From an uncultured Gemmatimonadales bacterium (GTDB lineage Bacteria > Gemmatimonadota > Gemmatimonadetes > Longimicrobiales > RSA9): a stretch of 64,000 nucleotides of DNA. Positions 39,658 to 49,348 of the stretch are shown here, piece by piece (the stretch's first letter is position 1; each line of letters starts with the position of its first letter). The stretch spans positions 128,001 to 192,000 of the forward strand of contig CAWAMW010000002.1 of the NCBI GenBank assembly GCA_963783305.1, read 5' to 3'. A program made the translations under genes and the position numbers. A model generated the notes under the pieces. It was not told the DNA's origin. It did not search any database and worked only from the letters and a program-made list of their open reading frames with translations.

Positions 39658-41091
39658 TCAACGGTCCGCGCGGGTCGTTTTCATGAGGTCGCGGACCGAG
39701 TCGAGGCTGTCGAGAGCCCAGACGGCGTCGACCAGGCGCCGCCGGGCGGGCGCGCTCAGAACGGGCTCGGCGAGAGCCGTGAACTTCTCCTCGACCTCGT
39801 CGTCGGACAGTGGGTTCCGAGGGTCGCCCTTGGGGTAGTCGAGCTGCTTCTCCAGCGTCAGGCCATCCGCCGTCTCTATCGTGACGTGCACCCGCTGAAG
39901 CGCCGGGAACAGCGCCTCGATCTCCGGGTCCGCCACCACCTCCACCTTCGGAAGCTGCGCCCGGATCTCCTCGTCCAGGATCCGGTCCGGCTCCAGCTGC
40001 CGTGGCGTCACCTGTCGGTCCACGATGGCCGCCGCAATGACGTAGGGCAGGCTGTGGTCCGCCGTCTCCTTGCTGCGGGGGTCGTACTTGCTGGGGTCCG
40101 CCAGGATGTCGGCGGCCCGGGCGAGGGACCGGATCCGGACCTTGGTGATGCGGGCGGGCGACAGGTCGTGCTCGCGCACCAGCTCGAGAACCGCCGAGAT
40201 CGGTGCGTGCGTCAACGCTTCCGTGGGGAACGCCTTCATCCCGCAGCGCTCGATCCGCCAGCTCTCGCCCAGGCCGTCGGTCAAAACCTCCAGCTTCCAT
40301 TCCGGGCCCATCACATGGACGAGCCCTTCCTTGCCGTCCAGGACATGCTCCGGGCCGGTGTAGCCCTCCCCCGCGAGCAGCGCCGCCAGGACCCCGGACT
40401 GCGTGGCCATGGGATCCGCGGTGTTCTTCATCATGGTGAGCTTGCCCGCCGTGATCGCACCCAGCGTCGCGTGGCGGGAGGCGCTGATCCCGATGGCGTG
40501 CTGGATCCGCGCCGCATCCAGGCCGAGCATCCGACCGGCCACCACGGGCGAGGCGAATGCCGTCAGCGTGGCGTGATGCCAGCCGCGCTCACGGATCCCC
40601 GGGAACGCAGCCTCGCAGAGGCGCATCTCCACCTCGTGTCCAAGCACGATCCCCAGGACGAGCGCGCGGCCGTCCATCCGCCCTCGCTCCGCCATGGCGA
40701 TTGCGGCCGGGATGAGGTCCGACGGATGCGACGGGTCCTGCTGCCAGTAGATGTCGTTGTAGTCCATCACGCGGACCATCAGCGCGTTCGCGAGCGTGGC
40801 CGAGACCACGTCCAGGCCGAGGCCGCTCCCGATCACCGTGCCCGGGCCGGAGCCCGCTACCTCGCTCAGCACCCGCAGCGCGATCCGCACGTCCTCCTGC
40901 CGGTACCCACCCAGCGCACAGCCCAGCGAGTCGAGCAGGTACCGCTTCGCCTCGTGGACCGCGCGCTCGCTCAGCGCCTCGTACTGAAGCCCCGCCGCCC
41001 AGCGCGACAGCGCGCCCGTAACCGTTTCCGTCGCCTCGACCACGGTATTTCCAACCGCACCCGCCATCACCGCCTCCAGGACCGGGTTCAC
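39658..41091 (-). CDS. prpD: MmgE/PrpD family dehydratase (2-methylcitrate dehydratase-like)
   Basis: LLDSLGCA, RVMDYND...SHPSD, GWHH, ETADHSLPY, PKGDPRNP. Confidence 0.88.
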   Translation of the reverse strand: MNPVLEAVMAGAVGNTVVEATETVTGALSRWAAGLQYEALSERAVHEAKRYLLDSLGCALGGYRQEDVRIALRVLSEVAGSGPGTVIGSGLGLDVVSATLANALMVRVMDYNDIYWQQDPSHPSDLIPAAIAMAERGRMDGRALVLGIVLGHEVEMRLCEAAFPGIRERGWHHATLTAFASPVVAGRMLGLDAARIQHAIGISASRHATLGAITAGKLTMMKNTADPMATQSGVLAALLAGEGYTGPEHVLDGKEGLVHVMGPEWKLEVLTDGLGESWRIERCGMKAFPTEALTHAPISAVLELVREHDLSPARITKVRIRSLARAADILADPSKYDPRSKETADHSLPYVIAAAIVDRQVTPRQLEPDRILDEEIRAQLPKVEVVADPEIEALFPALQRVHVTIETADGLTLEKQLDYPKGDPRNPLSDDEVEEKFTALAEPVLSAPARRRLVDAVWALDSLDSVRDLMKTTRADR

Positions 41092-41200
41092 CTGCTACAA
41101 CCTACGAACCCCGCCGCGCGATTTCTGTGGGGCAAGGGCTGAATTACGGATCAGCGCGGCCGCCCGGATAAACCTTACAAGGGCGTGGGGCGGTGGCCGT

Positions 41201-41737
41201 TCAGCCCCCCTTGAACGGGAGATATGCCATGAAATCGGCGTGGTGGACGATGATGGCCTCCGTCGAGCGGCTCACCAGCTCGCCCTCGCCGGCGTGCGCG
41301 GCAATGATGTGACAGACCGCATCCGGTACGCCGCACTCCAGCGCCAGGGCGACGCCGGTGAACGGGTGCCGCAGGGCCCGGCCCCGCCGGCTCTGCCGCA
41401 CCTCACCGGCCACTTCCTCGTACTCGAGCAGCTTGCCCACGTCGGCCAGGATGGCCCCCGCTATGACCGTGTCCAGGTCGATGGTCAGCGACCCGCCCAT
41501 GAACTCCAGCATGGCCTCGGCGCCCCGGCGGGCGATGTGCACCACGCACCGCTTGTGCTCCATGAACGTGGCCGGGCAGTCCGGGACGAGGAGGGTGAAC
41601 GGGATCCGCTCCAGGTCCTCGGCCCCGAGGGGGCTGCGCTCCAGCGCCCGCTCCCACGTCCGGGCCACGCATTCCCGAAGCTCCTCACCCTCGATCCACT
41701 CCAGCTCCGGCCACAACCGCTCCACCGCCTGCCGCAT
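41201..41737 (-). CDS. HD-fold (HDIG-like) protein with the HD dyad read as AD
   Basis: FMEH..., GAILADVGKLLEY, RHPFTG, HIIAAH, EAIIVHHAD. Confidence 0.8.
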   Translation of the reverse strand: MRQAVERLWPELEWIEGEELRECVARTWERALERSPLGAEDLERIPFTLLVPDCPATFMEHKRCVVHIARRGAEAMLEFMGGSLTIDLDTVIAGAILADVGKLLEYEEVAGEVRQSRRGRALRHPFTGVALALECGVPDAVCHIIAAHAGEGELVSRSTEAIIVHHADFMAYLPFKGG

Positions 41738-42050
41738 CGCTCCACTCCGTTCCCAGTGAGCCGGGGGGTCCCCCGGAATTGGACGTACCCGTGCCGCGGG
41801 TGCGCTGGGCTTCGCACGGAATCCGTAGCATCCGCGGCCTCCGGCGGCAACAGGCACATCCACCGGGTGGGACGACTCCCCTTGATAAAACAGTGGTGAG
41901 GGGCGAACTTTTTAGCCGGTCGACCTGCGGGTACGAAGCCCCAACCCGTTGCTGCCCAACATCTTGGCCAGAGGCTCGATACTTGTACAAGCGCAGGGGC
42001 GCCGCGCGGTGCGTACGCGCAGGCGGAACTGCACCTTCTCCCAGAGCGTC

Positions 42051-42671
42051 ATGCGGAGCAACCCTACGAAGGCGACTCGCCCGGGCGATCCAGCCGGGGG
42101 CCGGCCCGAGGCACGCCCGGGCTTCTCGCTGGCCGAGATGCTGGTGGTCCTCGTAGTGGTGAGCGTCATGGCGTACCTGGGCGTCCCGCGTATCGAGGTC
42201 GTGCGGTTCAGAATGGACGGCGCGGCCTGGGGCGCGATGGCCGCCCTGATGTCAGCGCAGCGGCTGGCGGTGAAGGAGCAGCACAACGTCGTGATCCTGT
42301 TCGACCCGGATCATCGACGGCTCGTGATCCACCAGGATCGCGACAACAGCGGGACCATGGACGCGGCGGAGCCGGTGCGGACCGTCGCCTTTGACGACGG
42401 GGTGGCCTTCGGCCGGGGGGGCGCGCCGTCGCTCGGGGACCAGAGCGGAGTGATCACGTTCACCGGGCTGCATGACGGGCTCCGGACCGTCCGCTTCGTC
42501 CGCAACGGCAGCACCAGCGAGGATGGGATCTTCTATCTGACTTCCACCCGAGCCAGCCGCGGCCCCGGATACGTCGAGGACAGTCGCGCCATCCGGATCG
42601 ACCGACCCACCGGCCGGGTCACCTGGTTCGCCTACCGTGGCGCGGATACCGGCTGGGTCGAGGGGACCTGA
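42051..42671 (+). CDS. GspH/FimT-like minor prepilin
   Basis: GFSLAEMLVVL type IV prepilin site; AQRLAVKE...F..NG. Confidence 0.85.
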   Translation: MRSNPTKATRPGDPAGGRPEARPGFSLAEMLVVLVVVSVMAYLGVPRIEVVRFRMDGAAWGAMAALMSAQRLAVKEQHNVVILFDPDHRRLVIHQDRDNSGTMDAAEPVRTVAFDDGVAFGRGGAPSLGDQSGVITFTGLHDGLRTVRFVRNGSTSEDGIFYLTSTRASRGPGYVEDSRAIRIDRPTGRVTWFAYRGADTGWVEGT

Positions 42672-43072
42672 TGAGCGAGCGCCCGCCCTCGAACCGCGAC
42701 GGCTTCACCATCGCCGAGGTCCTCCTCGCACTGGTCCTCCTGAGCTTCATGGTGATGGGGTTCCAGGCCGCGACGGGCGAGATCATCCACTATGCGGCGC
42801 AGAGCGATCGGAAGGCGGTGGCCGTCCAGCTGGTCCAGAGCCGCGTGAGCATGATCCGGCTCGACCCCCGCTACACCACGCTGCAGGCGACGTACGAGGA
42901 GACCGGCACCACGTTCACCGACTACCCCGCGCTCACCCGCAAGACCGTGGCGGAGCGGACCCTTAAGACCCAGGAGACGGGCGTCCTCGACTACACGACC
43001 CTTACCGTGACGGTCGACGGCGCGGGGCTCCGGGCCCCGGTCTCCCGCACCATCGTGGTGGCGGCGCCATGA
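42671..43072 (+). CDS. PilV/GspI-like minor prepilin
   Basis: GFTIAEVLLAL; TGATG overlap. Confidence 0.85.
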   Translation: MSERPPSNRDGFTIAEVLLALVLLSFMVMGFQAATGEIIHYAAQSDRKAVAVQLVQSRVSMIRLDPRYTTLQATYEETGTTFTDYPALTRKTVAERTLKTQETGVLDYTTLTVTVDGAGLRAPVSRTIVVAAP

Positions 43073-44238
43073 GGGCGATGCGGTCCGCGCGGGAGGGTGT
43101 CTCGCTGGTCGAGCTCATGGTGGCGCTGACGCTCTTCTCCATCCTCCTCGCCTCCACGCTCGGCTTCTACCGGCGGCAGGGGAGCGCGTTCACGGAGGGC
43201 AATGACCGGATGGCGGTGATGCAGAACCTCCGGTACGGCGTCAACTCACTCGTCCAGAACATCCGCACGGCGGGCGTCGGGGTGCCGAGCAAGCAGCCAG
43301 TGCTGGTGTACGCCGATGTGGACGTGATCGCGTTCAACGCCGACTACGCCACCAATATCCCGAACGATTTTTTCGCCGTCTACTACGACCAGCGCCTCGC
43401 GAACGCCGCCGTCTCGGCCCTAACGCCGGACCGGAAGTTCACAATTCCGCATTCCACGTTCGCCTACCCTGATGTCGCGTATTACCTGGGGAGCGGGAAC
43501 AGTCCGGCGGAAACGATCATCTTCTATTTCGAGCTCGACGCGGCCACGCCACGGCGGGACGACTACACGCTCTACCGGCAGGTGAACGACCAGGCGCCGG
43601 AGGTGGTGGCGCGACGGCTGCTCAAGACGGACGCGGAATTCTTCACCTATTACGTGCTCGACTCCGGCCAGCCGGAGAGCCCCGTGGCCGAGGTGCCAAC
43701 CTCGTACCTGCCGGTGGCGCATACCATCACCAACCATGGCGCGCCGACAGACGTGGGGGTGGTGGCGGGGGTGGACAGCGTACGCGCCGTGCGAGTGACG
43801 TACGCGGCGACCAACGGGCTGTCGGGGTCCAGCGAGTCGGTGCGGGAGATCACGCGGCTGATCCGTATCCCGAACGCCGGTCTGGCGAACCGCCCGAGCT
43901 GCGGCAACCGGCCGCTCCTCGGCACCACGCTCACCGCGGCGGGGTTCGCGCCCACGCAGAGTGCGAACGGGCACATCGAGTTGAGATGGGCCCCGGCGGT
44001 GGACGAGATTACGGGTGAGCAGGATGTGCTCCGGTACGTGGTCTGGCGGAGGGTCGGCGACGCCGGGCCATGGGGGGATCCGCTCACCAGCATCGCACCC
44101 GGCGACGCGGCCTACGTGTATCGCGATTTCGGCGCACAGCCCGATGTGCTGTACAGCTATGCCGTGGCGGCCCAGGACTGTACCCCGCAGTATTCGGCGA
44201 TGAGCGAGAGCGGGACGGCGCAATGGAACACACCGTGA
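43069..44238 (+). CDS. PilW/GspJ-like minor prepilin with a C-terminal FN3-like domain
   Basis: GVSLVELMVAL; IRTAG; C-terminal LRW...YVVWRR...YRD...YSYAVAA. Confidence 0.82.
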   Translation: MRAMRSAREGVSLVELMVALTLFSILLASTLGFYRRQGSAFTEGNDRMAVMQNLRYGVNSLVQNIRTAGVGVPSKQPVLVYADVDVIAFNADYATNIPNDFFAVYYDQRLANAAVSALTPDRKFTIPHSTFAYPDVAYYLGSGNSPAETIIFYFELDAATPRRDDYTLYRQVNDQAPEVVARRLLKTDAEFFTYYVLDSGQPESPVAEVPTSYLPVAHTITNHGAPTDVGVVAGVDSVRAVRVTYAATNGLSGSSESVREITRLIRIPNAGLANRPSCGNRPLLGTTLTAAGFAPTQSANGHIELRWAPAVDEITGEQDVLRYVVWRRVGDAGPWGDPLTSIAPGDAAYVYRDFGAQPDVLYSYAVAAQDCTPQYSAMSESGTAQWNTP

Positions 44239-46022
44239 CCGGCGCGCGGATGCCGCGCCTCCGGACGGACCAGCCGGGGATTGCGCTGCTGATCGTCATG
44301 CTCGTCACCATGGCGGTGGCGGCCATCGCGGCCGGCGCTGCGCTCATCGGAGCCAACGCCTTCCTCATCAACGAGTACGACAGCCAGTCGAGCCTGCTGG
44401 AGTCGGTCGCGGATGCCGGCCTCGAGCTCGGCCGTGCGCGCCTCAATGCCAACCCGGGCCTCTACAGCCCCACGTCGGTCTCGACTCTGGAGCTGCGGGC
44501 AGCCGTCTACGATGCGGACGGAGCCGTGCTACCAGGCGTGCAGCGCACGCTCTACTCCATGCCCATGGGAGGCGGGATTGGCGAGTTCGGCAACTTCGCC
44601 GCGCTCGTGGCCGTGGCCGAGGACGGCGAGGGGGGCCGGGCCGTACGGCGCCTGGACCTCGTCCAGGAGAGCTTCGCCGTCTACGCCTACTTCACCAACA
44701 GCGAGCCCAGCTCCATCTACTTCGGCAACCACGACGTGCTGACGGGCCCCGTCCACAGCAACTCGGACATCAAGATCAGCTCCACTGGCGCCACCTTCCG
44801 CGGCCCGGTCACCACCGCCGGCGCCTTCGTGGGAAGCGAGTACGCGACATTCCACGACGACACGACCTCCGGGGCCGCTCCGGTCCTCATGCCGAGCAGC
44901 GCTCAGCTGACCCGGCTCAGGGATCGGGCCTCCCCCGCGTCCCTCGCGTTCATCGCTGCCGCAGGCGGCACAGAGGGGCAGTCCACGCTCCGGCTCCATT
45001 TCGTGACCCGGGACGTCGATGGCGACGGGGTTGAGGAGGGATTCGTCCGGGCCTACCGGTCCCCCGACGCCGCGTGGGTGAGCGGGAACATCCCGTCGGG
45101 CGGCTCGCTCGCGACCACGGCCAACTGCGGGCATTACGAAGCGGCGAACGGTCCGTTCAGCGCGGTGATCAACGATCAGAGCGGCCATTCCACGTCCGCG
45201 ATCCTGACAGACCCCGGCTACAGGCGGTGTTTCCTGGGGGGTGCCGACGAGCTGAACACCAGCGCGGCCAGTCGGCCCAGCGGCGTGTTCTTCCCTTCCA
45301 CTCCCGCGCCCTTCCCCGCCGGCTCGTGGCTCCCGTTCCCGGGCACCGTGAGCGCGCCGATCACGGGGTCGTACGGCGACGAGGCCTACCTCTTCCCCAT
45401 CGACCGCCGCTTCAACGCCGCCTTTCGGGGCGTCATCTTCGTGGACGGGAAGGTGGTGGTGAGCGGGACCGTCCGCGGCCGTCTGACCCTGGCCGCGACC
45501 GGTAACATCATCATCGGCGACGACCTGCGCTACGCCACCGACCCCGGCGCGGGGACGTGTGAGGACATTCTGGGGCTCTTCTCCGGCCAGAATGTCATCG
45601 TGGCCGACAACACGCTGAACGCGCCCCGGATCCCCACCGGGACCGGCGTGTCCACCAGCACCTATTACACGTACAATGACACTCCAGACGAGAACATCCA
45701 CGCGTCGATCCTCGCCCTCAACCAGTTCACCGTGCAGAACCCGAGCTCCGGGGCCAACAGCGGCAACAGCCCGGAAGAGTGCAACGGTGTCAAATGGGGT
45801 CGCGGCTGCCTGAACGTGACCGGAGGGCTGATTCAGAACACGCGCGGCATTGTGGCGTACGGGAGCGGCACCGGCAACGTGAAGAGCTACAGCCATGACA
45901 CCTGCACCTTCACCGCACCGCCCCCGTATTTCCCCAGCACCGGCCACTTCTTCCGCGGCCGCTATTACGAGGTGGACCCGACCGGTTTCACCATCGGCGC
46001 CTACTTCGACGCGCTGAACTGA
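44235..46022 (+). CDS. Large PilX/GspK-like minor pilin
   Basis: GIALLIVML (no Glu5), ADAGLE, GPVHSN, several Cys, DVDGDG loop. Confidence 0.8.
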   Translation: MTGARMPRLRTDQPGIALLIVMLVTMAVAAIAAGAALIGANAFLINEYDSQSSLLESVADAGLELGRARLNANPGLYSPTSVSTLELRAAVYDADGAVLPGVQRTLYSMPMGGGIGEFGNFAALVAVAEDGEGGRAVRRLDLVQESFAVYAYFTNSEPSSIYFGNHDVLTGPVHSNSDIKISSTGATFRGPVTTAGAFVGSEYATFHDDTTSGAAPVLMPSSAQLTRLRDRASPASLAFIAAAGGTEGQSTLRLHFVTRDVDGDGVEEGFVRAYRSPDAAWVSGNIPSGGSLATTANCGHYEAANGPFSAVINDQSGHSTSAILTDPGYRRCFLGGADELNTSAASRPSGVFFPSTPAPFPAGSWLPFPGTVSAPITGSYGDEAYLFPIDRRFNAAFRGVIFVDGKVVVSGTVRGRLTLAATGNIIIGDDLRYATDPGAGTCEDILGLFSGQNVIVADNTLNAPRIPTGTGVSTSTYYTYNDTPDENIHASILALNQFTVQNPSSGANSGNSPEECNGVKWGRGCLNVTGGLIQNTRGIVAYGSGTGNVKSYSHDTCTFTAPPPYFPSTGHFFRGRYYEVDPTGFTIGAYFDALN

Positions 46023-46585
46023 TGGGCGTGGGCGGGTCCTGGGCTCGAAACGGATTTACCGTGGTGGAGGTACTGGTCGCGCTCGCCATCACCGCGCTGC
46101 TGGGGGCGCTCGTGGTCCCCGCCATCCTCGCCAGCGTCGATCGCGCGCGAGTGGATGCCGCCGAAGAGTCGCTGAAAGCCATAGGGGAGGCGGTTGACCT
46201 TTTTGCCGATCGTGTGCAGGAGCACCCGGGCGCCATGAGACAGTTGCTCATCCCGATCACGACGGCCGACGCGGATATCTGCGGCAACCCGTACAACGCC
46301 GGGCGGGCAAACCAGTGGGGTGGGCCGTACCTCGACCGGGCGGTCCCGACCGCGGGGGTGCCCATCGGGATCGGCACCGTCCAGAACGCGTTCACGAGCC
46401 GCGCGGATCCGAGCGGGATCGACTACCTGCAGCCGGTGATCACCGGTGTACTCCTGGAGGATGCCGCCGCGTTGGATGTGCGCATGGATGGCGGCGATGG
46501 CGCCGCGAGCGGGGCCATCCAATGGACGGCAGCGGGCGGCGGGTTCGTCATAGTGAACTACCTGATTCCTTACCGGGACTGCTGA
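46022..46585 (+). CDS. GspG-like prepilin, paralogue 1
   Basis: GFTVVEVL; DICG; WGGPYL; DGGDG; C-terminal Cys. Confidence 0.85.
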   Translation: MGVGGSWARNGFTVVEVLVALAITALLGALVVPAILASVDRARVDAAEESLKAIGEAVDLFADRVQEHPGAMRQLLIPITTADADICGNPYNAGRANQWGGPYLDRAVPTAGVPIGIGTVQNAFTSRADPSGIDYLQPVITGVLLEDAAALDVRMDGGDGAASGAIQWTAAGGGFVIVNYLIPYRDC

Positions 46586-46586
46586 C

Positions 46587-47120
46587 ATGGAGCGGCGCGG
46601 ATTCACCCTGATGGAGATGCTGGCCGTGATCGCCATCGTCCTGCTGTTGGCGGCGGTGATCGTGCCTCAGGTCGTGCAGGAGGTCAGGCACTCCACCGGG
46701 CCGGCACTGCTGTCCTCCACCGCCACCCTCGCCGATGCGGTGGCGCAGTTCAAGGCGGACACCCGACGCTATCCGGGCACACTCGGGGCGCTCGTCAGCC
46801 CCGCCGGCTCACCCACGGATATCTGCGGCTCCACCATTCCGCCCGGCCTGATCGGACGGTGGAGCGGACCCTACCTCCAGCGTCAGGTCCCGGCATCCGG
46901 GCTGACGGCGGGAGACGCGCGGATCCAGAACACACTCACCCGCGCCGATCCGCAGTCCACCGCCATCTCGAACCTGATCATCACCGCCACCGGCGTCGAC
47001 TCCATTGTGGCGATCCGCATCGACCGGGACCTGGACGGCGACGGCGATCTGGCCGGCGGGACGATCCGGTGGACATCGCCGAGCACACTGCGCTACTACG
47101 TTCCGATCCGGGGGTGCTGA
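46587..47120 (+). CDS. GspG-like prepilin, paralogue 2
   Basis: GFTLMEML; DICG; WSGPYL; DGDGD; C-terminal Cys. Confidence 0.85.
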   Translation: MERRGFTLMEMLAVIAIVLLLAAVIVPQVVQEVRHSTGPALLSSTATLADAVAQFKADTRRYPGTLGALVSPAGSPTDICGSTIPPGLIGRWSGPYLQRQVPASGLTAGDARIQNTLTRADPQSTAISNLIITATGVDSIVAIRIDRDLDGDGDLAGGTIRWTSPSTLRYYVPIRGC

Positions 47121-47121
47121 C

Positions 47122-47703
47122 GTGCTGATTCCACACGCGTCCCGCCGCGGCGGCTTCGGCCTGCTGGAGGCCATCATGATCCTCATGGTGCTGGCGATCA
47201 TGGCGACGGTCCTCGCCACGAACGGTGTGGCCGTGGCATCGGTCAAGCGCCTGGAAAACGCCGAGCGGGACCTCCAGCGGCTGCGCGACGCCCTCGACGC
47301 GTTCGAGGAGGACATCCACCACTGCCCCGACGACCTCACGCAGCTGTACACAGCGCTCGATCCCAACAGCGACGCGGACATCCTCGAGACACCGTATAAG
47401 AAGGGCGAAACGCAGCGTTGGAAGGGGCCCTACTACCACCTCCTGATCTCGACGATCGGGCCCCAGGTGGGGATCGGCACGGTGGTCGGGCTCCGGGCTA
47501 TCTTCCTCGACCCCATCATTCCCGCCATGCTCATCGACGCCGACATCATGGACGCCACCGCTCTCGACGTCGCCATCGACGGGGGCGACGGCCCCGCGGC
47601 GGGAGGGATATGGTGGTACGACCCGAGTCCCCGAAACCCGGAGCTGGTGGAGCTCGAATACCGGCTGCTGGACATCGCCTGCGCGCCGGGCTCGAGCGCC
47701 TGA
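47122..47703 (+). CDS. GspG-like prepilin, paralogue 3
   Basis: GFGLLEAI; WKGPYY; DGGDG; two Cys. Confidence 0.82.
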   Translation: MLIPHASRRGGFGLLEAIMILMVLAIMATVLATNGVAVASVKRLENAERDLQRLRDALDAFEEDIHHCPDDLTQLYTALDPNSDADILETPYKKGETQRWKGPYYHLLISTIGPQVGIGTVVGLRAIFLDPIIPAMLIDADIMDATALDVAIDGGDGPAAGGIWWYDPSPRNPELVELEYRLLDIACAPGSSA

Positions 47704-47714
47704 CCGGGCGGAAG

Positions 47715-48263
47715 ATGACCGGTCGCCGCGGCTACACCCTCATCGAGACTCTCGTCACCGTGGCGCTGCTCGCGGTCATCGCCACCATCATGCTCCCGGT
47801 CCTCTCGGCCGGCGGCGCCGCCGAGCGGCTGAACACCGCCGACGACCAGCTCAAGACGCTGACCAATGCCGTGGCCGCCTTCTACACGGACGTGACGGAG
47901 TGGCCCTCCGCACTGGACGCCCTGGTGAGCCCCATTGGGGGCGGGAGCTCCGACCTCTGCGGCCAGGTCTACAACGGTAGCGAGCGGAACAGCTGGAACG
48001 GCCCGTACCTGACTCAGGCGATCCCGGCGGGCGGGCTGGATGTGGGAATCGGCACCGTGCGGCCAGCGTTCGCCCACGCCGATGCCGGCGAGTTCGACCT
48101 CCTGGGGATCGTCGTCGACAACGTGGAGGTGGGGGACGCCTCGGCGCTTGACGACATGGTGGACGGCGATGGGGACGCGAACGCCGGCACGGTCCGATGG
48201 ACGACCCCGCCCGTGGGCGGCCAGGTCACCCTGACGTGGTTCATCCCCATCACACCGTGCTGA
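47715..48263 (+). CDS. GspG-like prepilin, paralogue 4
   Basis: GYTLIETL; DLCG; WNGPYL; DGDGD; C-terminal Cys. Confidence 0.85.
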   Translation: MTGRRGYTLIETLVTVALLAVIATIMLPVLSAGGAAERLNTADDQLKTLTNAVAAFYTDVTEWPSALDALVSPIGGGSSDLCGQVYNGSERNSWNGPYLTQAIPAGGLDVGIGTVRPAFAHADAGEFDLLGIVVDNVEVGDASALDDMVDGDGDANAGTVRWTTPPVGGQVTLTWFIPITPC

Positions 48264-48281
48264 GCGAGTGACCAGGACCGG

Positions 48282-49199
48282 TCAGACGACGAAGCGGTCC
48301 AGCAGCATGAGGGCGAGGAGGATGGGCAGGTACGCGATGGAGCCGAAGAAGAGGTGCCACGCCCGCTGGTCGTCCCGGTGCGCCCAGAGCCGCGCGCTCA
48401 GCACCACCATGGCCAGCCCGAGCGCTGCCGCGCCGACGCCATAGACCCACCCGATCAGCCCGGTCACCACCGGCACGAGGCTCACCGCCAGGAGCAGGAC
48501 CGAGTACCCGAAACTCTCCAGACCCAGTCGCCTACCCTCCGGGTCCACCACCGTGAGCATCCGCATCCCGCCCCGCGCATAATCCTCCCGGTAAATCCAG
48601 GCGAGAGCATAAAAGTGCGGCATCTGCCAGAAGAAAACCACGGCCGTTATGGCCACCGCCGGCGCCCCGATCGGCTGATTCGCGGCCGTCCACCCGGCCA
48701 AAGCGGGTAGCGCGCCGGGGAGCGCGCCGATGAGCGTGGCGTGGTGCGTCCGACGCTTGAGGGGCGTGTACACCAGGATATAGGAGAGGAGGCTGGCGGC
48801 GACGAGCGCCAGCGTCGGGAGATTGACGAACAGGGCCAGGTGGAGCAGCCCCCAGGCCGAGAGCAGCACCGCGAATACGAGCGCCAGCCGCGGTGGCAGG
48901 CGGCCTGCCGGAAGTGGGCGCATGTGGGTCCGTCGCATGTAGGCGTCGGTGTCCCGCTCCCACCACATGTTGAGCGCGTTCGCCCCCGCCGACGCCAACG
49001 CAGCCCCGAACACCGCATTGAAGAGGCGGAGCAGGTTCGCTTCGGTACCCAGCGCCATGAGGTAGCCGGCTGCCGTGGTGAATACCACGAGGCGGGTGAT
49101 CCCCGGCTTCGTTAGCGCCGCCAGATCGCCGAAGACGGTACGGAACCGCGGCGCTGCGGCCTTCTCGGGGTGGTCGGTGGAAGCGTTGGTGACGGGCAC
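48282..49199 (-). CDS. cyoE: Protoheme IX farnesyltransferase (heme o synthase)
   Basis: LTKPGI, NM..ERDTD.YM.RT..RPLP.G, YTPLKR, WQMPHFYAL..YREDY. Confidence 0.93.
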   Translation of the reverse strand: MPVTNASTDHPEKAAAPRFRTVFGDLAALTKPGITRLVVFTTAAGYLMALGTEANLLRLFNAVFGAALASAGANALNMWWERDTDAYMRRTHMRPLPAGRLPPRLALVFAVLLSAWGLLHLALFVNLPTLALVAASLLSYILVYTPLKRRTHHATLIGALPGALPALAGWTAANQPIGAPAVAITAVVFFWQMPHFYALAWIYREDYARGGMRMLTVVDPEGRRLGLESFGYSVLLLAVSLVPVVTGLIGWVYGVGAAALGLAMVVLSARLWAHRDDQRAWHLFFGSIAYLPILLALMLLDRFVV

Positions 49200-49348
49200 G
49201 GGGGAAAAGTAACGATGGGAGCGGCCGCGGGGAACCTGGAACGGCGAGCGCTCGCTCCGCTACAAGTCGATACCGCCGTGAGCGCCAGCTGAGTCGAGTG
49301 CTGGGCCCCGGCCGGTCTGCCCACGCGATGCGCGCGGCAGACCGCGCT

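Noticed and set aside
36634..41142. 1502-aa plus-strand ORF, and similar long antisense ORFs such as 331-2274, 11572-13425, 16598-18658, 22165-23895 and 33963-35633
   Set aside because: Shadow frames of well-supported minus-strand genes in high-GC DNA. They are Arg/Pro/His-rich with no motifs.
41860..41960. Possible c-di-GMP riboswitch upstream of the pilin operon (GGCGAAC...GCTGCC)
   Set aside because: It lacks the GNRA-capped P2 and the GACGCAAAG core.
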